Notes: generated from the letters alone by a model not told the origin. Numbered from the whole stretch's first letter, positions 1 through 12,735 are shown. The stretch: DNA of 55,653 nucleotides, filler included, from Catajapyx aquilonaris (GCA_000934665.2; 2 parts of 2 records of this genome joined end to end with filler, not necessarily neighbours in it); one strand, 5' to 3'. Program-made: numbers and translations.

Positions 1-830
1 AAAAAAAAAAAAAAAAAACATGGGTGAGATCATGGTGCGATGGACCGAAATGGGGCGAATATGTGTTGATAGGAGTAGTCAACCAGTTTTATGTGCTCCT
101 AGTCAGGTCGACAGAGGTAGCTTACCCACAGGGTTGTGGGTGTCGTGGTAACGTATCTAAAATGCGAAATGTGAGAACGTGTAAATTTGGCACACTGCAA
201 TTTTTACAGCATGTTTCGATTGTAATGTAATGGTTTGCAATCATTAGGCACTTGGGTGGGTTGTATGAACAGGAGTTAAGCAGCTAACTTCGTAGTTAAC
301 TCATACGGCCCTAAGCTGCGTATTAGTAAAGAGTTTAGGAGTTATCAGCACAGTAGAATATGGATATAACAAGACTTAAAGGGACCGCGGAAAAAGGTTG
401 TTGTAACCGAGGTTTGCTATAACCAAATTTTCTGCTTTCCATACGCCTATAAATCACACTACTAAATGCTGAATAAACTAGCTCATCAGAAAATTATGCG
501 GAACCAAAAAAGAGAAACAACTCTGGCCGTCTCCACGTTGCCAAATATACCAGAAAAAGAACGATTTCGAGTTTTTCGGCAAGTGTAAAGGAGCGCCTAG
601 ATCAGTGACAGATGGGAAAATCACCCCTGCTCCAGTATGCAGTGCTTTCCTCGTGTGGGAAAGGAAGCATTGTAATCGAAAACGGCACATTTTCCCACCG
701 AGAGGCCAAGAAATAGTCTGCTATACCCTAGCTGTGGTGACAAATGAGTATGTTATATCAGGAGTAAAAATACACAGTGCGCCTTATGGAAGTACACCGG
801 GACCGGCCTTTCGAGTCTGTTATAGCCGAG

Positions 831-1182
831 GCTGGTATATCCAGATCAGCCCCCCGCAACTCCCTCTCTTTTCGCGTGGGCTTAGCAAGTCCCCTATCTC
901 CGGATGTGGAGCCCTGTACCAAATCGCATTCGGGTGGCTGGTCCTGTGGATCTGCAAACTGGAACTGAATGGAATTTGACGCTTTAGGTAAGTCCAGTAC
1001 GGTTCAGAAGTCGTCCGCCCGAATGCGATTTGGAACAGGGCTCCACATCCGGGTATGCGGGATTCCACATCCTGGGATAGGGGATTTGCTAAGCGCACGG
1101 CATTCCCCATATGGCTAGATAGGGAGTTGCGNGGGGGGGGGGGGGGGGGGGGGGGGGCTGATCCAGATTCAACTATACTAGC
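831..1182. mobile_element. Foldback/MITE-like inverted repeat element
   Basis: Arms ~831-935 and ~1018-1182 are reverse complements (cttagcaagtcccctatc...ggatgtggagccctgtaccaaatcgcattcggg versus cccgaatgcgatttggaacagggctccacatcc...gataggggatttgctaag). No target-site duplication (TSD) identified. Confidence 0.65.
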
Positions 1183-1691
1183 TGCTCGTATGAAGAATAG
1201 AGAAACAATTGGACGGTGTTATGCAATAATGAGTCAACACATGAGAACAGTTTTGAGAAAAGGGGCTTTGAAGGTCATCCGTGTGAAATTAATTAAGTGT
1301 TCTTTTCGGTCATTTATGGCAGAAGTATGCAGATTTCGCCACCTTGGTTTTAACTTAATGAATTATTACTATCCTTGGGGTGTATGTTCCTGGGTTTAAC
1401 TCAAATTTGACATTTTTGTGGGTTGACCTATTATTTCATAACACCGTCCAATTCAGTTATGATTTTCCGAGCTGAATACATTATAAGTGACCTTTTATGG
1501 CTCCCAGGCACCTCAGGTCAACGGTTTGACCCTCTTGCTGTAGTTTAAAAGATCGATGATGCAACTATTCGACCTAATATTAGCTTATATTAGCCATAAC
1601 CTGTAAAAGTAGCTGTTCGAAAATACGTTATCTGCGTACTAATAAATAGCTTAGTGCCAAGCAATATATTGCAATAGGAACACATTGCGTA

Positions 1692-2438
1692 CAGGGTGAA
1701 CCAACTGAACCGTCCGCTTTCAGTTATCGATTTGTTGGCGCAGCTACTTATTTTTACTTTTACTTAGTAGCAGTTACTTTTAGAGGTTATATGAAAAGTA
1801 TTGGTTCTAATGTTAGGTTGAGTGGACCCAGCCTTTTAGAAGCCTGCAAATGATTCAGTCCACGGTTCAGCCATTGACTTGCGATGCCAATTGTTCCAAT
1901 AGGATATTTATAATCGGAAATTTATTACAATTCATAGGTTGGATCATTCAATTAGGCCTACTATTAGCGGCTAATACTTATGATAACCACTAAATAAACT
2001 ACAGTGAGCTCCCGATTATCCGCGCTAATGAATGCACGGGCGTGCCCGGAAAATCGGAAAACGCGGATAATCCGAAAATGGGCCTAGATACCGTAAAATG
2101 AGCTCTTCAGAGGTTTAAAATTTACAACTGTACATACTGTATGTTACTTTAAATAAGGTTCAATGAAAATAATCAAACTTACCATAGATTTTTTGTGTCC
2201 TGGGAAAAAAGTATATTATATTTATTTGTTTGCGAGACATATCGACAATAAATCTTTCGGACTTTTATTTACGACTAGGGGCTTTTTTAGCGATGCACGG
2301 ATAACCCGCAACACGGATAATCAGGCTCCGGATAATAGGGAGTACAGTAAATGTCAAAGTAATAGCTTAAAATAAGCAGCTTACTTGTTAATTCAAAAAA
2401 TTCCTAACTGAAACAGACAATTCAGTTGCATCACCCTG
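1692..2438. mobile_element. Tc1/mariner-type MITE
   Basis: Flanked by TA; imperfect ~35-bp terminal inverted repeats (TIRs) CAGGGTGAACCAACTGAA... and ...TTCAGTTGCATCACCCTG. Confidence 0.75.
2002..2347. mobile_element. pogo/Tigger-like MITE nested in the 1692-2438 element
   Basis: ta-CAGTGAGCTCCCGATTATCCG ... CGGATAATAGGGAGTACAG-ta, with repeated subterminal CGGATAA motifs. Confidence 0.55.
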
Positions 2439-2999
2439 TATTCACACAACGTTGTCATTAATGAGATTTTTCGTCCTTTATTTGTCCAACGCATAATGTA
2501 CATACAGTGTACCAAATTAAAATACTCGTTAAAATCCACTTATGCACGGTCCTTTGCTGTCAATTAAACTGTTAGCTAACCTTTGTGACATTCTCTGTTA
2601 GGAAAAAAAGGAGCGTTTAACAAACGTTTTCAAACGGCGACTTTTGGGTTCGAGAGCGACGTTGCCGGATGGAGATATGTCGCATTGGCCGTCGACAATA
2701 CCAGTATTACCAATAATGGAAACGGTATCTGTTGGCCTGCTGTTCATCCCCCACGGAGGTGACGTCCATGTTTGGTCCATCGCGTCCGTCCACCCTTGCC
2801 GCCTTTTTATTTGAGCTGAATTTTTGGCAGCTGTCATCTGGATAGTCGGATTCTTCGGATGAACCACTGCATTTGCGATTACGCAGGTCCGCATTACTAC
2901 AGCCCCTTACTCATGGTGATTACAACGCAAGGTCGATTGCCGCAGTTCCAGGTGATAAGTGACATTGTCCGCGCCTTTCAACACCCGAGTGACAAAAAA

Positions 3000-5450
3000 A
3001 AATTGTCCCGACCCATTAGCTATAAAAAAATAATAGTTAGAAGCAGCCGTGACGCTACTTTTATCCCGTAATCAGGAAGCAGCCGCATCGGCAACGCAGC
3101 GTGACGTCACTGCGATTTCGTCACAGCTCAAGGCTTTCGGGTCGTGGCACCGGTGAGGTTGCCAGATTGTGCGGTGGGAGCCAAGTCCTCCTAGGGAAAG
3201 GGGAAACACGGCAACACCCCCAGAATCGGGATAGGGAGAGAAAAAGGGGAGAGCCAAGCAAGCAAGCAGGCAGGCAGGCAATGCGAAGAGTTGTAGTGAG
3301 GGGGGTGGCCTTGGCGCCAAGTAGGGCGCAGGAGAAAGCAAGGAAAAAGAAATTGGCCGCCGCCCGAGAGACTGCTCCGAAGCAGGCTTCCCATCCATGA
3401 ATCGATGCCCCCATGGTAGCACCACCACCACCGGCGTAGAGCCATGGACGGTACACAGGCCAGGGAAAGGAATGCAGGTTGTCCCGACTAACCGGGGGTG
3501 GGCAGTCGGGGTGGGAAAAACGGAATATACAAGGGGAAGAGAGCGCGACGGTGGCGCCAACTGCCGGCGAGGGGGAATTGGGGTTGAGGGTAAAATGGGG
3601 GGAGTCGGGGGAGGGTTGAGAGAGGGGGTGCTGCTCAGGCCAGTGCGGGACTACAGCCAGCCAGCCAAGGCAACCAGCCAGCCAGCAAGCGACTGTTGGG
3701 TGTTGCGAGCGGGGACGGCCACACTGCGATACTGAATATTCTCAGGATATGGCGACGGCTAAGGACGCCGCGGGTTGTTGGCGGGCCTAGGATGGCCTCG
3801 CTTCTGCAGGTAATGTACGGACCCATTTTACTTGCAAGCTTGTCTGGGGTTATTGGTATACCACACAGAGACGATTGGCACGCTCCAACTCGGACAAACA
3901 CACACGGGACACTTGGATGATGACCTTACCTGTTGCGTGGATTTCGGACGGCCCGCTCTCCCNCAGGCCTGTACCGTCGTTGCAGCCAAGTTGCAGCCTC
4001 CAGGAGAGATCGACTTGAAGGGCTTTTTACATGATATACCGCTTAGGTGACAGGTGTTTGTACAGTCGCGAGCATAAAGATGTGGACGGTACCGTCCACA
4101 TCTTTATGCTCGCGATTGTACCGCATATTTTGGCACAAATGTGGGAGATTCGACCGAATTTTTGGCATACCACTAGTAATCTGCAAAGGGGTGGGTTGTA
4201 CTAAAATAGTGCGACAGTGCTGGGTTTGCTTGAGGATATCGACTTATTTTTTGCGGGTAATCAACTCTGGAAATATTGCTGGGCGACACCCCCCAAAATA
4301 TTTCGCGGGAGATAGTTCGGATTCGGCGAAATAGATAGGAAGCAAGGGGGTGAAAGGGGGATATGCAGTCCAGTGGTGTAGGACACCCGCCGAGGTTCGA
4401 TCCGGTTCTGCGCGGGAAACCCAATTGGCTATAATACGGTATTTAAATACGGTATTACATTTAGTGGTTAATGTGTTAAATTTTTTGGGGGTAAAGCATG
4501 GGGTTTGTTTTTGTTTTGGTCGTGCTTCGGCCACTAAACCCGTTGGTGCTGGAAAGGAGAGAGACGGGAGAAAAAACGGGCGGGGTTGCCAAATCAACAA
4601 TGGTCGAGGCTGGCAGAGGTCGCGGGAAAAAAAAGAGCTGAGGCCATGTGAGCTTCGGGAGATGTTTAAATAGCCGCCACATATTTCTTCACGCGCGCAC
4701 ACATACACACACACACACATGCAGGAGCATGTGGGTGGGGTGGGTGGCAGGCAGGCAGAAACGGGAGGGGAGAGTGCGAATTTTCCCGCCGTATAGTTTG
4801 GCGCGAAAAAGTAGGGATTAAAACCCGTCCCCCACTGGAGTTTAGAGTGTAGGACATGTGGGCGTCGCTGGCGTCGTTTCTAGAGGCGCCCGCCAACTTC
4901 CACTAAAAACCAATAAACATGGCAACGCGGCGTCGGCGGGACTTTCAGAGAAAAATATGGGGAGGGGGGGAAGGGAGAGGGCGCGATGACGCAAGCGCAC
5001 TTCTTTTTTATAACATTTTGAGGGAGGGAAGAGTGGGGTTTCCGGCGACGCTGCCGACGCCGACGACGCCAGCCAGTCCCCCACCCGAAAGACCACCCTC
5101 CCTTCTCTTGTTGGCATCGGGCCAGGTGCGGGGTTGCCAGCATGGGCTTGCAAACAAAGCCGTGGCGGAAGAGCTGGGGTGGAAGTTTGGCAACGCTGGG
5201 GAGTGGGTGGCCGGGTGGAACGGGGTACGGGGCAGGGTTAGGAGGGTCGAGGGGGCGGGTGGNTGCACCTGAGAAGTAGGACAGGCGCAGCTTTGGAAAT
5301 AGGTGGAGGTTGGAAATATGGTGTGGGAGGGGGATTGACGCAAGCGCGCGTTTACGAAATGATTTATGGCATTGTTGGACACCTGGTTTTTGCTGGGTAG
5401 CTGGCGGTGGTCTTGGGGGCATTGTTGCGAGTAGGGATTGATGATTGTGC
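3000..5450. promoter_or_regulatory. GC/CpG-rich putative promoter or 5' regulatory region of the taranis homologue
   Basis: GC- and CpG-rich relative to its flanks. Perfect CRE TGACGTCA at 3102-3109; E2F-type sites at 4301, 4410, 4621, 4781 and 4797. No credible long ORF. Confidence 0.45.
4063..4118. mobile_element. TIR-only mini-MITE (Tc1/mariner-like palindrome)
   Basis: ta-CAGTCGCGAGCATAAAGATGTGGACGGT|ACCGTCCACATCTTTATGCTCGCGATTG-ta; palindrome with one mismatch. Confidence 0.7.
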
Positions 5451-5644
5451 GGGATACATGCAAGAATGTACGGGAGGTCCGGTCATACGAGTCGCATGAC
5501 ACATTGTTCAGAAAAGATGATGCACAACACTTATCGTATACCATGGGAGAATGAGCATGAATCAATAAGCACACACTAACATACGTACGAGAAATGTAGT
5601 TAACTTGAGTTTTTAAAACGCAAGCTATTAAATTAAATACTTAA

Positions 5645-5928
5645 CCCTGGAACCGTGCTGTGGGGTCTTTTTGGACCCCAAGGAAAAAAATGCATTAAAA
5701 TGATCATTACAATGAACTTTCGCCATTTTTTGCAGTAAAAAACAGGCAGTGGAGGTTTATTTTAATTAGCTATCATTTTAGGCATTGTTCAAAGAATGAT
5801 TGTATAATTATAGTCAATACATGGAAAAGTATTATATACTAATTAATTAAAATAAAAATATGGTGGGGTCCGAAAAGACCCCACGGAACGGTTGCCGTAA
5901 TACTCGTAGGCACGGCACGGTTCCAGGG
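5645..5928. mobile_element. piggyBac-type MITE
   Basis: TTAA on both sides (5641-5644, 5929-5932); TIR CCCTGGAACCGTGC / GCACGGTTCCAGGG; subterminal GGGGTC..GACCCC palindromes at both ends. Confidence 0.85.
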
Positions 5929-6315
5929 TTAAATGATGAAAGAGATGCATAAGAAGAGCCCCAGTCGTACAAGCATAAGTACATCAGGTGGTAATTTTTG
6001 TAATAAAAAAAACAGAAAATAATGTGCCACCAATAAACTTGTAACGACAGCTGGTTAGCTGCAAGGGCAGCTTGACCTCTGACCTACAGGTGCCAGGGGA
6101 TGGATGATGTCCACACTGTATTTATAATTTGAGGCAACTTCTATTACATAGGAAAAACTACTCATGATACAGGACGAGTACCAGTTGGATGACTTCAATT
6201 TGTATGTGCACCTCCTAACCTTGACCTTGTAATGTCATTGGTCAATCACTGAAGAACAAAAGAGTGGAGTGGTACTACTTAATATGCCGATCATTTGGGC
6301 ATTATGCTTAATGTT

Positions 6316-6594
6316 GGATAGAGTATGCCTTACTGGCGTGAGGGAGGGTAGTAGTCGGTGGGGGCAGCGGGCTGTGTCGCAAAGGCAGAGATAAAGGATA
6401 GGTGTGTATCCGCTGAAGATAGGTCTGTATCCGCAAGGAAGGAACGTTAGGCTTGGTTAGGTTAGGTTGGTACAGCATACCCGTTCCAAAATCCAAAAAA
6501 TCAATCCTTGCATCCTTGCCTTTGCAATACAGCCCAGCTGCCCCCAGCCACCACTCACCCTGCCGCCCGCACGCCAGTAAGGCCTACTCTTCCC
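6316..6594. mobile_element. MITE with long imperfect TIRs and a 7-bp TSD
   Basis: TIRs GGATAGAGTATGCCTTACTGGCGTG... and ...CACGCCAGTAAGGCCTACTCTTCCC; TAATGTT repeated directly at 6309-6315 and 6595-6601; internal (GGTTA)n. Confidence 0.7.
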
Positions 6595-7110
6595 TAATGT
6601 TCACTATAACTTCACGCCTTCACCTGTTAAAAGTTTTAAAATATATTTTTACAATATCTCGACTTTATTATTGCCTTGATCTGGTTTCGAAAGACAAACA
6701 AATGTAATCAGCGTTTCAATAATCTTGGCCTTACCCTGTACTACATGGGAAAGTGATGCAGCAGATATAAGCATGAGGAGTGGTAGCTCTTTACAGGGAC
6801 AAATAAAAGAATCACTTATTAGCCAGTCTTGAATGTATTACTGTAAAAGGAAAATCACAGTCCACCTGGATGATTTTATATGTGCGGGATTGACATCCCG
6901 AAAAACACCACTGTAATTTTATGGCGTGCCATAATGCTGTTCAGTGACAGCGCAGCAGCAGCATTCACGTCAGCATTGGTAGGCAGTAATCAGAACTAGA
7001 TAAGTAGTGACAGATTAGGGGGGGCGGGGGAAAGGGGGGAGAAACTGACATTGTAACTCTTTGGACACAAACCAAAAGTATGGTGTTGAACATTATAGTT
7101 GTCCAGTGAA

Positions 7111-10100
7111 ATGGGAGTGAGAGCAGCAGCGGCCAAAAGGCCGCTGAGAGAGGTGTTGGCAGCTCCATCGCCCAGCAAAATGGCAAGGCGGGATGAGGAG
7201 GAAGATGATGAAGAAGAAGAGGATGATGCTGAAGTAGAAGAAGACGAGGACGAGGAATGTAGGAGTCCCTCAACGCAATCAACGTCACTTCTGACCTTTC
7301 CAGATGAGGACTGGGCAGGGTCAATCCTGGCCAGGACGCTTTTGTCCGGTTCTTCCTCACCAGGTCTGTTGCTCTACATGTGACATACCCTTGGTAGAAG
7401 ACTGTTAGCTAAATTTTATAAAATTTGTACCTAGGGCATCTTCCCATAAGCACGGCTTCCTCGGGGGCTGGCTGCTGGGACACCCCCCAGACCGTACGCT
7501 GTGCGGAGACAGGAAAATCTTACTTCCAACTGGGCGTCGGGCTTGGTACTTCCAGGTACCGGCAGCAGAGGCTAGCAGTGCTTAGACTATCTGTCGTCAA
7601 GCTGCATCGCTGTCGGCAAGGAGCAGACCCACGCCTTCGCAGGTACATTATTACAATAAACAGTTGGTATGGTAATACATGGCTTGTGTACTTCAGTCCA
7701 TCCAGTTGCATGTACTAAGCAGAGTCTTGCTGACCAGTTACTTAGTACCCACTACTAATTGGTAACTGCTAAGTGCATGACTCAGAGTGGTCAAATATCT
7801 AGCCAGCAAGTGTTGAATAATGGAAGTGAGAAGTATGGTGTGCGAGGCTAACAGAAATGGCAAATGTGCTTTTTTTTGAGCGATATAGTACATTAATTTC
7901 ATGTAAATGGTATATGTGGTGAATCTGGCTGCTCCTGATGGTTGCATTAGCTGTAAGCAAATGATAGTACAAAATATACAAGATATTGACACCAGCCAAT
8001 GTCACACTTCCACGTTCAAGTTAATATTTATTTCTATGTTTTTGTGTAATTGCATTTTGCTATGCCTAAATTTTGTGGCATGAAAAGTGTTCATATATAC
8101 AATAAACAGTAGGCTACATACTTGGGTGTAGTCGTGGGGAATATGAAGGTACTTGTGTATATTCAGTTTGGAGAGAGTTTGGATTAAAGTTTGGAAACCT
8201 CTAGATCCGCTACATTTTAGGTTCACATGTGCAGGTATGTTCATATATACAGGCGCCTTATAGTGACTCTGATAATAGACATTGCAGAACATGCCAATGC
8301 TTCCAGAATGGTCAATTAAAGCATTTCATAAAGTAGTGGCATGCCAATGTATAACTAGCTTGATATCGGGAATATGGATATAATTAGCATGCCAATCATG
8401 AGTTTTTTTTGCATAAATTATTTATTCCCGTCGTATGCACGATAAATGTTACTAAATACTATTGCTAAAAATGGCTGATGGGCACAAAGTGTAATCAAGT
8501 TCAGTTTGTGAAAGTGCCCTTTATTTATCGGACATCTGCATGACCAATACTGATCTTCTGAGGTGAATCCCTTATGAATAATAAAGGAGCGACTCTTCTG
8601 AGGCATGCACAAGCCTTGCTACCTAGTGCAAGTGAGTGTTGTGACAATCAATCAATTAATATATATATTTTTTTTAAATTGGCTAATTGTATGTTCAGAA
8701 AGATGGCTAATAGCCAGGGCGGTGGAAATTGCACATCATAGCCATTGTGCTACCAGTTTTTAAGATTTGATCTAGTTAGCTTTTATCGCACAGCACTTTG
8801 TGAAGTAAAACACTGTAGTGCAACAACATTGAAGAAAAGGGTATGGATGTGGGCTCAGTACTAAAAGGCTTGGAATCAAGCAACAATGTGTATCATGTGA
8901 TACGAGAAGAATGTGTGGAATGAGAGAGGGGGAGAGGGGGAGGGAGAGGGAGATGCCTTTATCTTAGCATGCTTGTAGTACACGAGAGAATTTCTGAATT
9001 CTCCCTAGATTACCTGTATCATAATCTACTCTGAGCTCTCCAAGAAATAAATAAAAAATTCTGGGATTTCAAGACTTGTGCACGCCCCATGGCATCGCCC
9101 ATATTTTCCTGACTGGAATGATAATTTATTATGTAGCCTTATTCAGTATTAGTAGTGACTTCTGCGAAAGCATCACTGATGAATTAAGGTCCATTCACAT
9201 ATCCATGATTTGGATCTAAAAGCAAGTGATTTGCTAAGTAGGAGTTGCAATGGAGCAATACTAGTTACAACACTTTTTTAATTGTGAATTGTACCGTATT
9301 CAGCATATACTGCATACATTGTTCAACTTCATAAGGGATCTCTGCCCCATATACAGTATGTGCAGGAACTGCCTTATGAAGCTGATTTTGGTGTTTAACA
9401 GTGACAATGGCTTTTGTGACATTTTATGCCTCTACCTAATTGTATGATTTTTTTTCAGGGGGTATCTCCCACCTTCAACAACAATGTTGCATGACACCAC
9501 AATTTTTTGCATCACTATACATATTCTTCATGTTTGTTGTCATGGTGTCACCTTTGTTGCATGCTACATTTTGTCTTCATTCTATGGTGGGACAGGGAAC
9601 TGGAATCAATGGCATTATTTCTGACTGTAATTGATTTTCTGGTAGTTCGTGCTCCATATTAGATTAGCATCTGGGAATATAATGAAGTCTGTTGGAGCTA
9701 ATCATAACAAAATGTTAACCACAATACCAGGCCTATAAATATTACTGTGTCTCAAAATTAAGTACCATTTGGTTGTAAAATTTATTTCAAGAACTTCTTC
9801 CAAAATTCAACATGGCCACAAGGCAGCATAGGTCTTTGATGCAAACAGCATGTCAGTCGAAGCATTTTTCAAATCATGGTACTATATTCTGTAAGCCTAT
9901 GTTGGGCATTCTCCTCCAAGCCTTTTCTTTCACATTTTGGTCACTCCTTATGGGCTGTTACTTGCCAAAATGTTCTGGGAGATGGCAAAACATGTGTTGA
10001 TCACTCAGTCCAGGGTATAGCCATGGTCCTGACTGTTGTTCATTGACGTCCCACTTGAACTGTTTGAGAAGAGTCTTTGCATAGACACTACTCAAAGTCT

Positions 10101-11022
10101 CAGACATTTCCAGTGGTGCACCTTTGAGTGTACAGACCATGGTCCAGACACTGGACCATGTATCACATGTTTTGCCATCAGTGAGATCATTTTGACAGGC
10201 AAAAGCCTATGGAGTGACCAAGCGATGAAGGAATAGGCTTAGGAATAGGTTTGCAAAATCTGCTATGGTGGTTCTAAAAATGCTTTTATGGACATGGGCT
10301 ATGTGTGCTGTATTAGGTGAAGATCTGTGCCATTTTGTGGCTATGTTGATTTTTGGGAGAGGCCAGATTGTACTTACTTGTGGGGCATGGCAATAATATC
10401 CATGTTTCCTCTCTTCAGCCTACTCCACCTACATCACATCATCAAATTCATGGATGCATCATGGACAGAAGTAATGCACCCATAACAGTTCTTCCATTAT
10501 GTTATGTTGTACAGTGCTCATGTGTCGAGAGTAATGCAGTGTAAATAATTACTCGAGACCTATATATTAGTAAACTGCAACCAAGTTGCTTATACTTCCA
10601 GGTCAGTCCTTATCTGCAATACCTTGAGGCGGCTGGAACGGGAGATGGCCCGGGAGTCTAACTCCGTGCCCCCTACCACCCCCCCTTCTCCACCTCCAAC
10701 CCCAGTGCAGCAGGCTCTAAGGGAATGTGCTAACCCTTCAAGGGCCACCCCCTGTCCATCCCCAGAACCACCCACTGCTTACAACCCCAACCCTCACAAT
10801 CACCAATCAACAACCTCCGTTCCAGGGTCTGCCCCTGGACCAACTCCTCCACCTCCACCCTCAGTCCCTCCAGACACAATCAACTGGGGATCAGTGTTAG
10901 GCCTGGAGCTGGACTCGCTCAACAATAACAGCAGCAGTAGTGGGGTCTCCACTTGGCGGCTGCACGACTCCTCTGATGTGGACGACCTCGATTGTGTCAT
11001 GCGTGTCCTTGTTGGTACCTAG
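7111..11022 (+). CDS. tara: SERTA-domain transcriptional co-regulator (taranis/SERTAD/CDCA4 homologue)
   Basis: Exons 7111-7363, 7435-7642 and 10602-11022 join in frame with GT-AG sites. SERTA motif YRQQRLAVLRLSVVKLHRCRQGADPRLRR|SVLICNTLRRLEREM spans intron 2; RCAETGKSYFQLG motif; C-terminus DDLDCVMRVLVGT is typical of the family. An upstream exon is possible. Confidence 0.9.
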
Positions 11023-11233
11023 CCCCCTCCCCCATATGCGCCCCTTGACCTCTGGAAAAAGATACACAAAATTGCTTTTTAATTTCCTCCCTTTCTCCAC
11101 CCAGTGATGAGGAATGAAAGAAAGGAAGAAAAAAAAAGCCAAAGACTCTCTTTCGTACAAAGGGAGGGATTTATTTTTTAATTTTTACTTGTACAGCAGC
11201 AATAAAAAGTGCTTATACGGAATCCCAATTCTT

Positions 11234-12735
11234 TTAGAGCTCCTCAAAAGATGTCACACATGGAAAAGAAGTCGATTCTGGTGAGAGTGGAGCATTCCCT
11301 GGGCGGATAAGCAGTACTGTCATGCACCCTGCTTTTTCAGCAGCTGCAGCCTCTGCATGTAATGGAAAATGTTTTTAGGCTCCATTTATATCAGACAGTA
11401 GTAAACTACTGTAAAACCTGCCTTGTGACACAGCAAGCAGGGCTCATGCAGGCACAGGTGAAACCATACACAAGTGCGAGTTGATCCATGCATGCTTCCC
11501 TAGCTCCTTGGCACTGCTTGCAGGGTTACAGGGCAGTTTTTTCCAGTAGTGTCGTAATGTTACAGAAGATAAGTGAAAATACCATTAGAAATGTTTTGGA
11601 ATTCATCCAAGTAAAGGCAGTACTATCGGACTGCATGCATACAATGCATATAAAAATTATTTCCAAGTTCTGTGCAACGAACACCAAAAATTTTTGTGCA
11701 TCGTACAATTCATTATGGCCACCAAGCCTATTCTTGACACTTAAAACTATGATGTGTGAAGCATCTGAAAAATATCTCACCTTCTAGCACATCAGTGAGA
11801 AACAAAATTGAATCAGTTTTAACTCCCAGAGCTTTTGCTATGTCCATATAGCTCTGTGGCACACGTTTTGGCCCAATTCGTGTGTCGAAATATGCCTCCA
11901 ACATATGAGTCAAATTTCCAGCAGTCGTATGAGCAAACAAGAGTTTCTGAGCTTCAGTGCTTCCAGATGAATAAATCGCGATCTGCTTTCCCGATGCAGA
12001 CCAGCGTGATATGGTTAACGCAACATCATCAAAAATGCTAGTGAAAAACAGTGTCAGTAATGGCTTGTAATGCCAAAATACATCATATTACCCTGTTATT
12101 ATTTGTATTGACTCAAACAAAGACTTACTGGCTCACCAGCCGAGCTTCATTATAACCATCTTTCCAGATGCGACCCTGAAGTTCCTTCAGGGCTGTAGTC
12201 TTGCTGTCCTTGTCCATCAACCAAAAGACAAAGGACATTACTCCCTGGATAACATCTTCACGACTGTTTTCTGCTGAAGGAATGGATGGTGCTCCGGTCT
12301 TGCTTTCCTCTTCAGCCTTTCAATAAATAGCATGTAATGTACTGTCATTTTAAAAAGGTTGTTCGTGTGAAATAATGGGGCTTACTTGTCAACACACAAG
12401 CAAAAATGATACTGGTACTTACTTCAGATCGTAATATGGCCACAAGTTCTTGCAGACTGTTGTCCTTCCAGTTTGCCTTCAGGTATGTTTCTATATTGTC
12501 TCGTGCATATGGGAAGAGGGTATCCTACGGGACACTTATGCATTTAATATATAAATAATAAGAATATATATAATCAGACTATATATATAAATAAAATAAA
12601 TACTGTAGCCTACTGGTACTGGCTTACTTTGACGAAAGATATGGAAGTGGTGGTTCCTTCGATATCTAGGAGAACCACTTTCGCTAAATTCAAAAGCCCC
12701 TTAACTTCTGGTGAATTCATCTTGGAGGAAGCCAT
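11234..12735 (-). CDS. ENOPH1: Enolase-phosphatase E1 (methionine salvage, HAD family)
   Basis: Exons 12735-12628, 12524-12423, 12316-12129, 12037-11781 and 11352-11234. Motifs LLDIEGTTTSISFVKDTLFPYA, TALKELQGRIWKDGY, IYSSGSTEAQKLLF, FDTRIGPK, ILFLTD and RPGNAPL. Confidence 0.95.

Noticed and set aside
2598..5574. Many overlapping ORFs suggesting a viral or foreign insert
   Set aside because: Low-complexity products with no recognisable domain; expected from GC-rich non-coding DNA.
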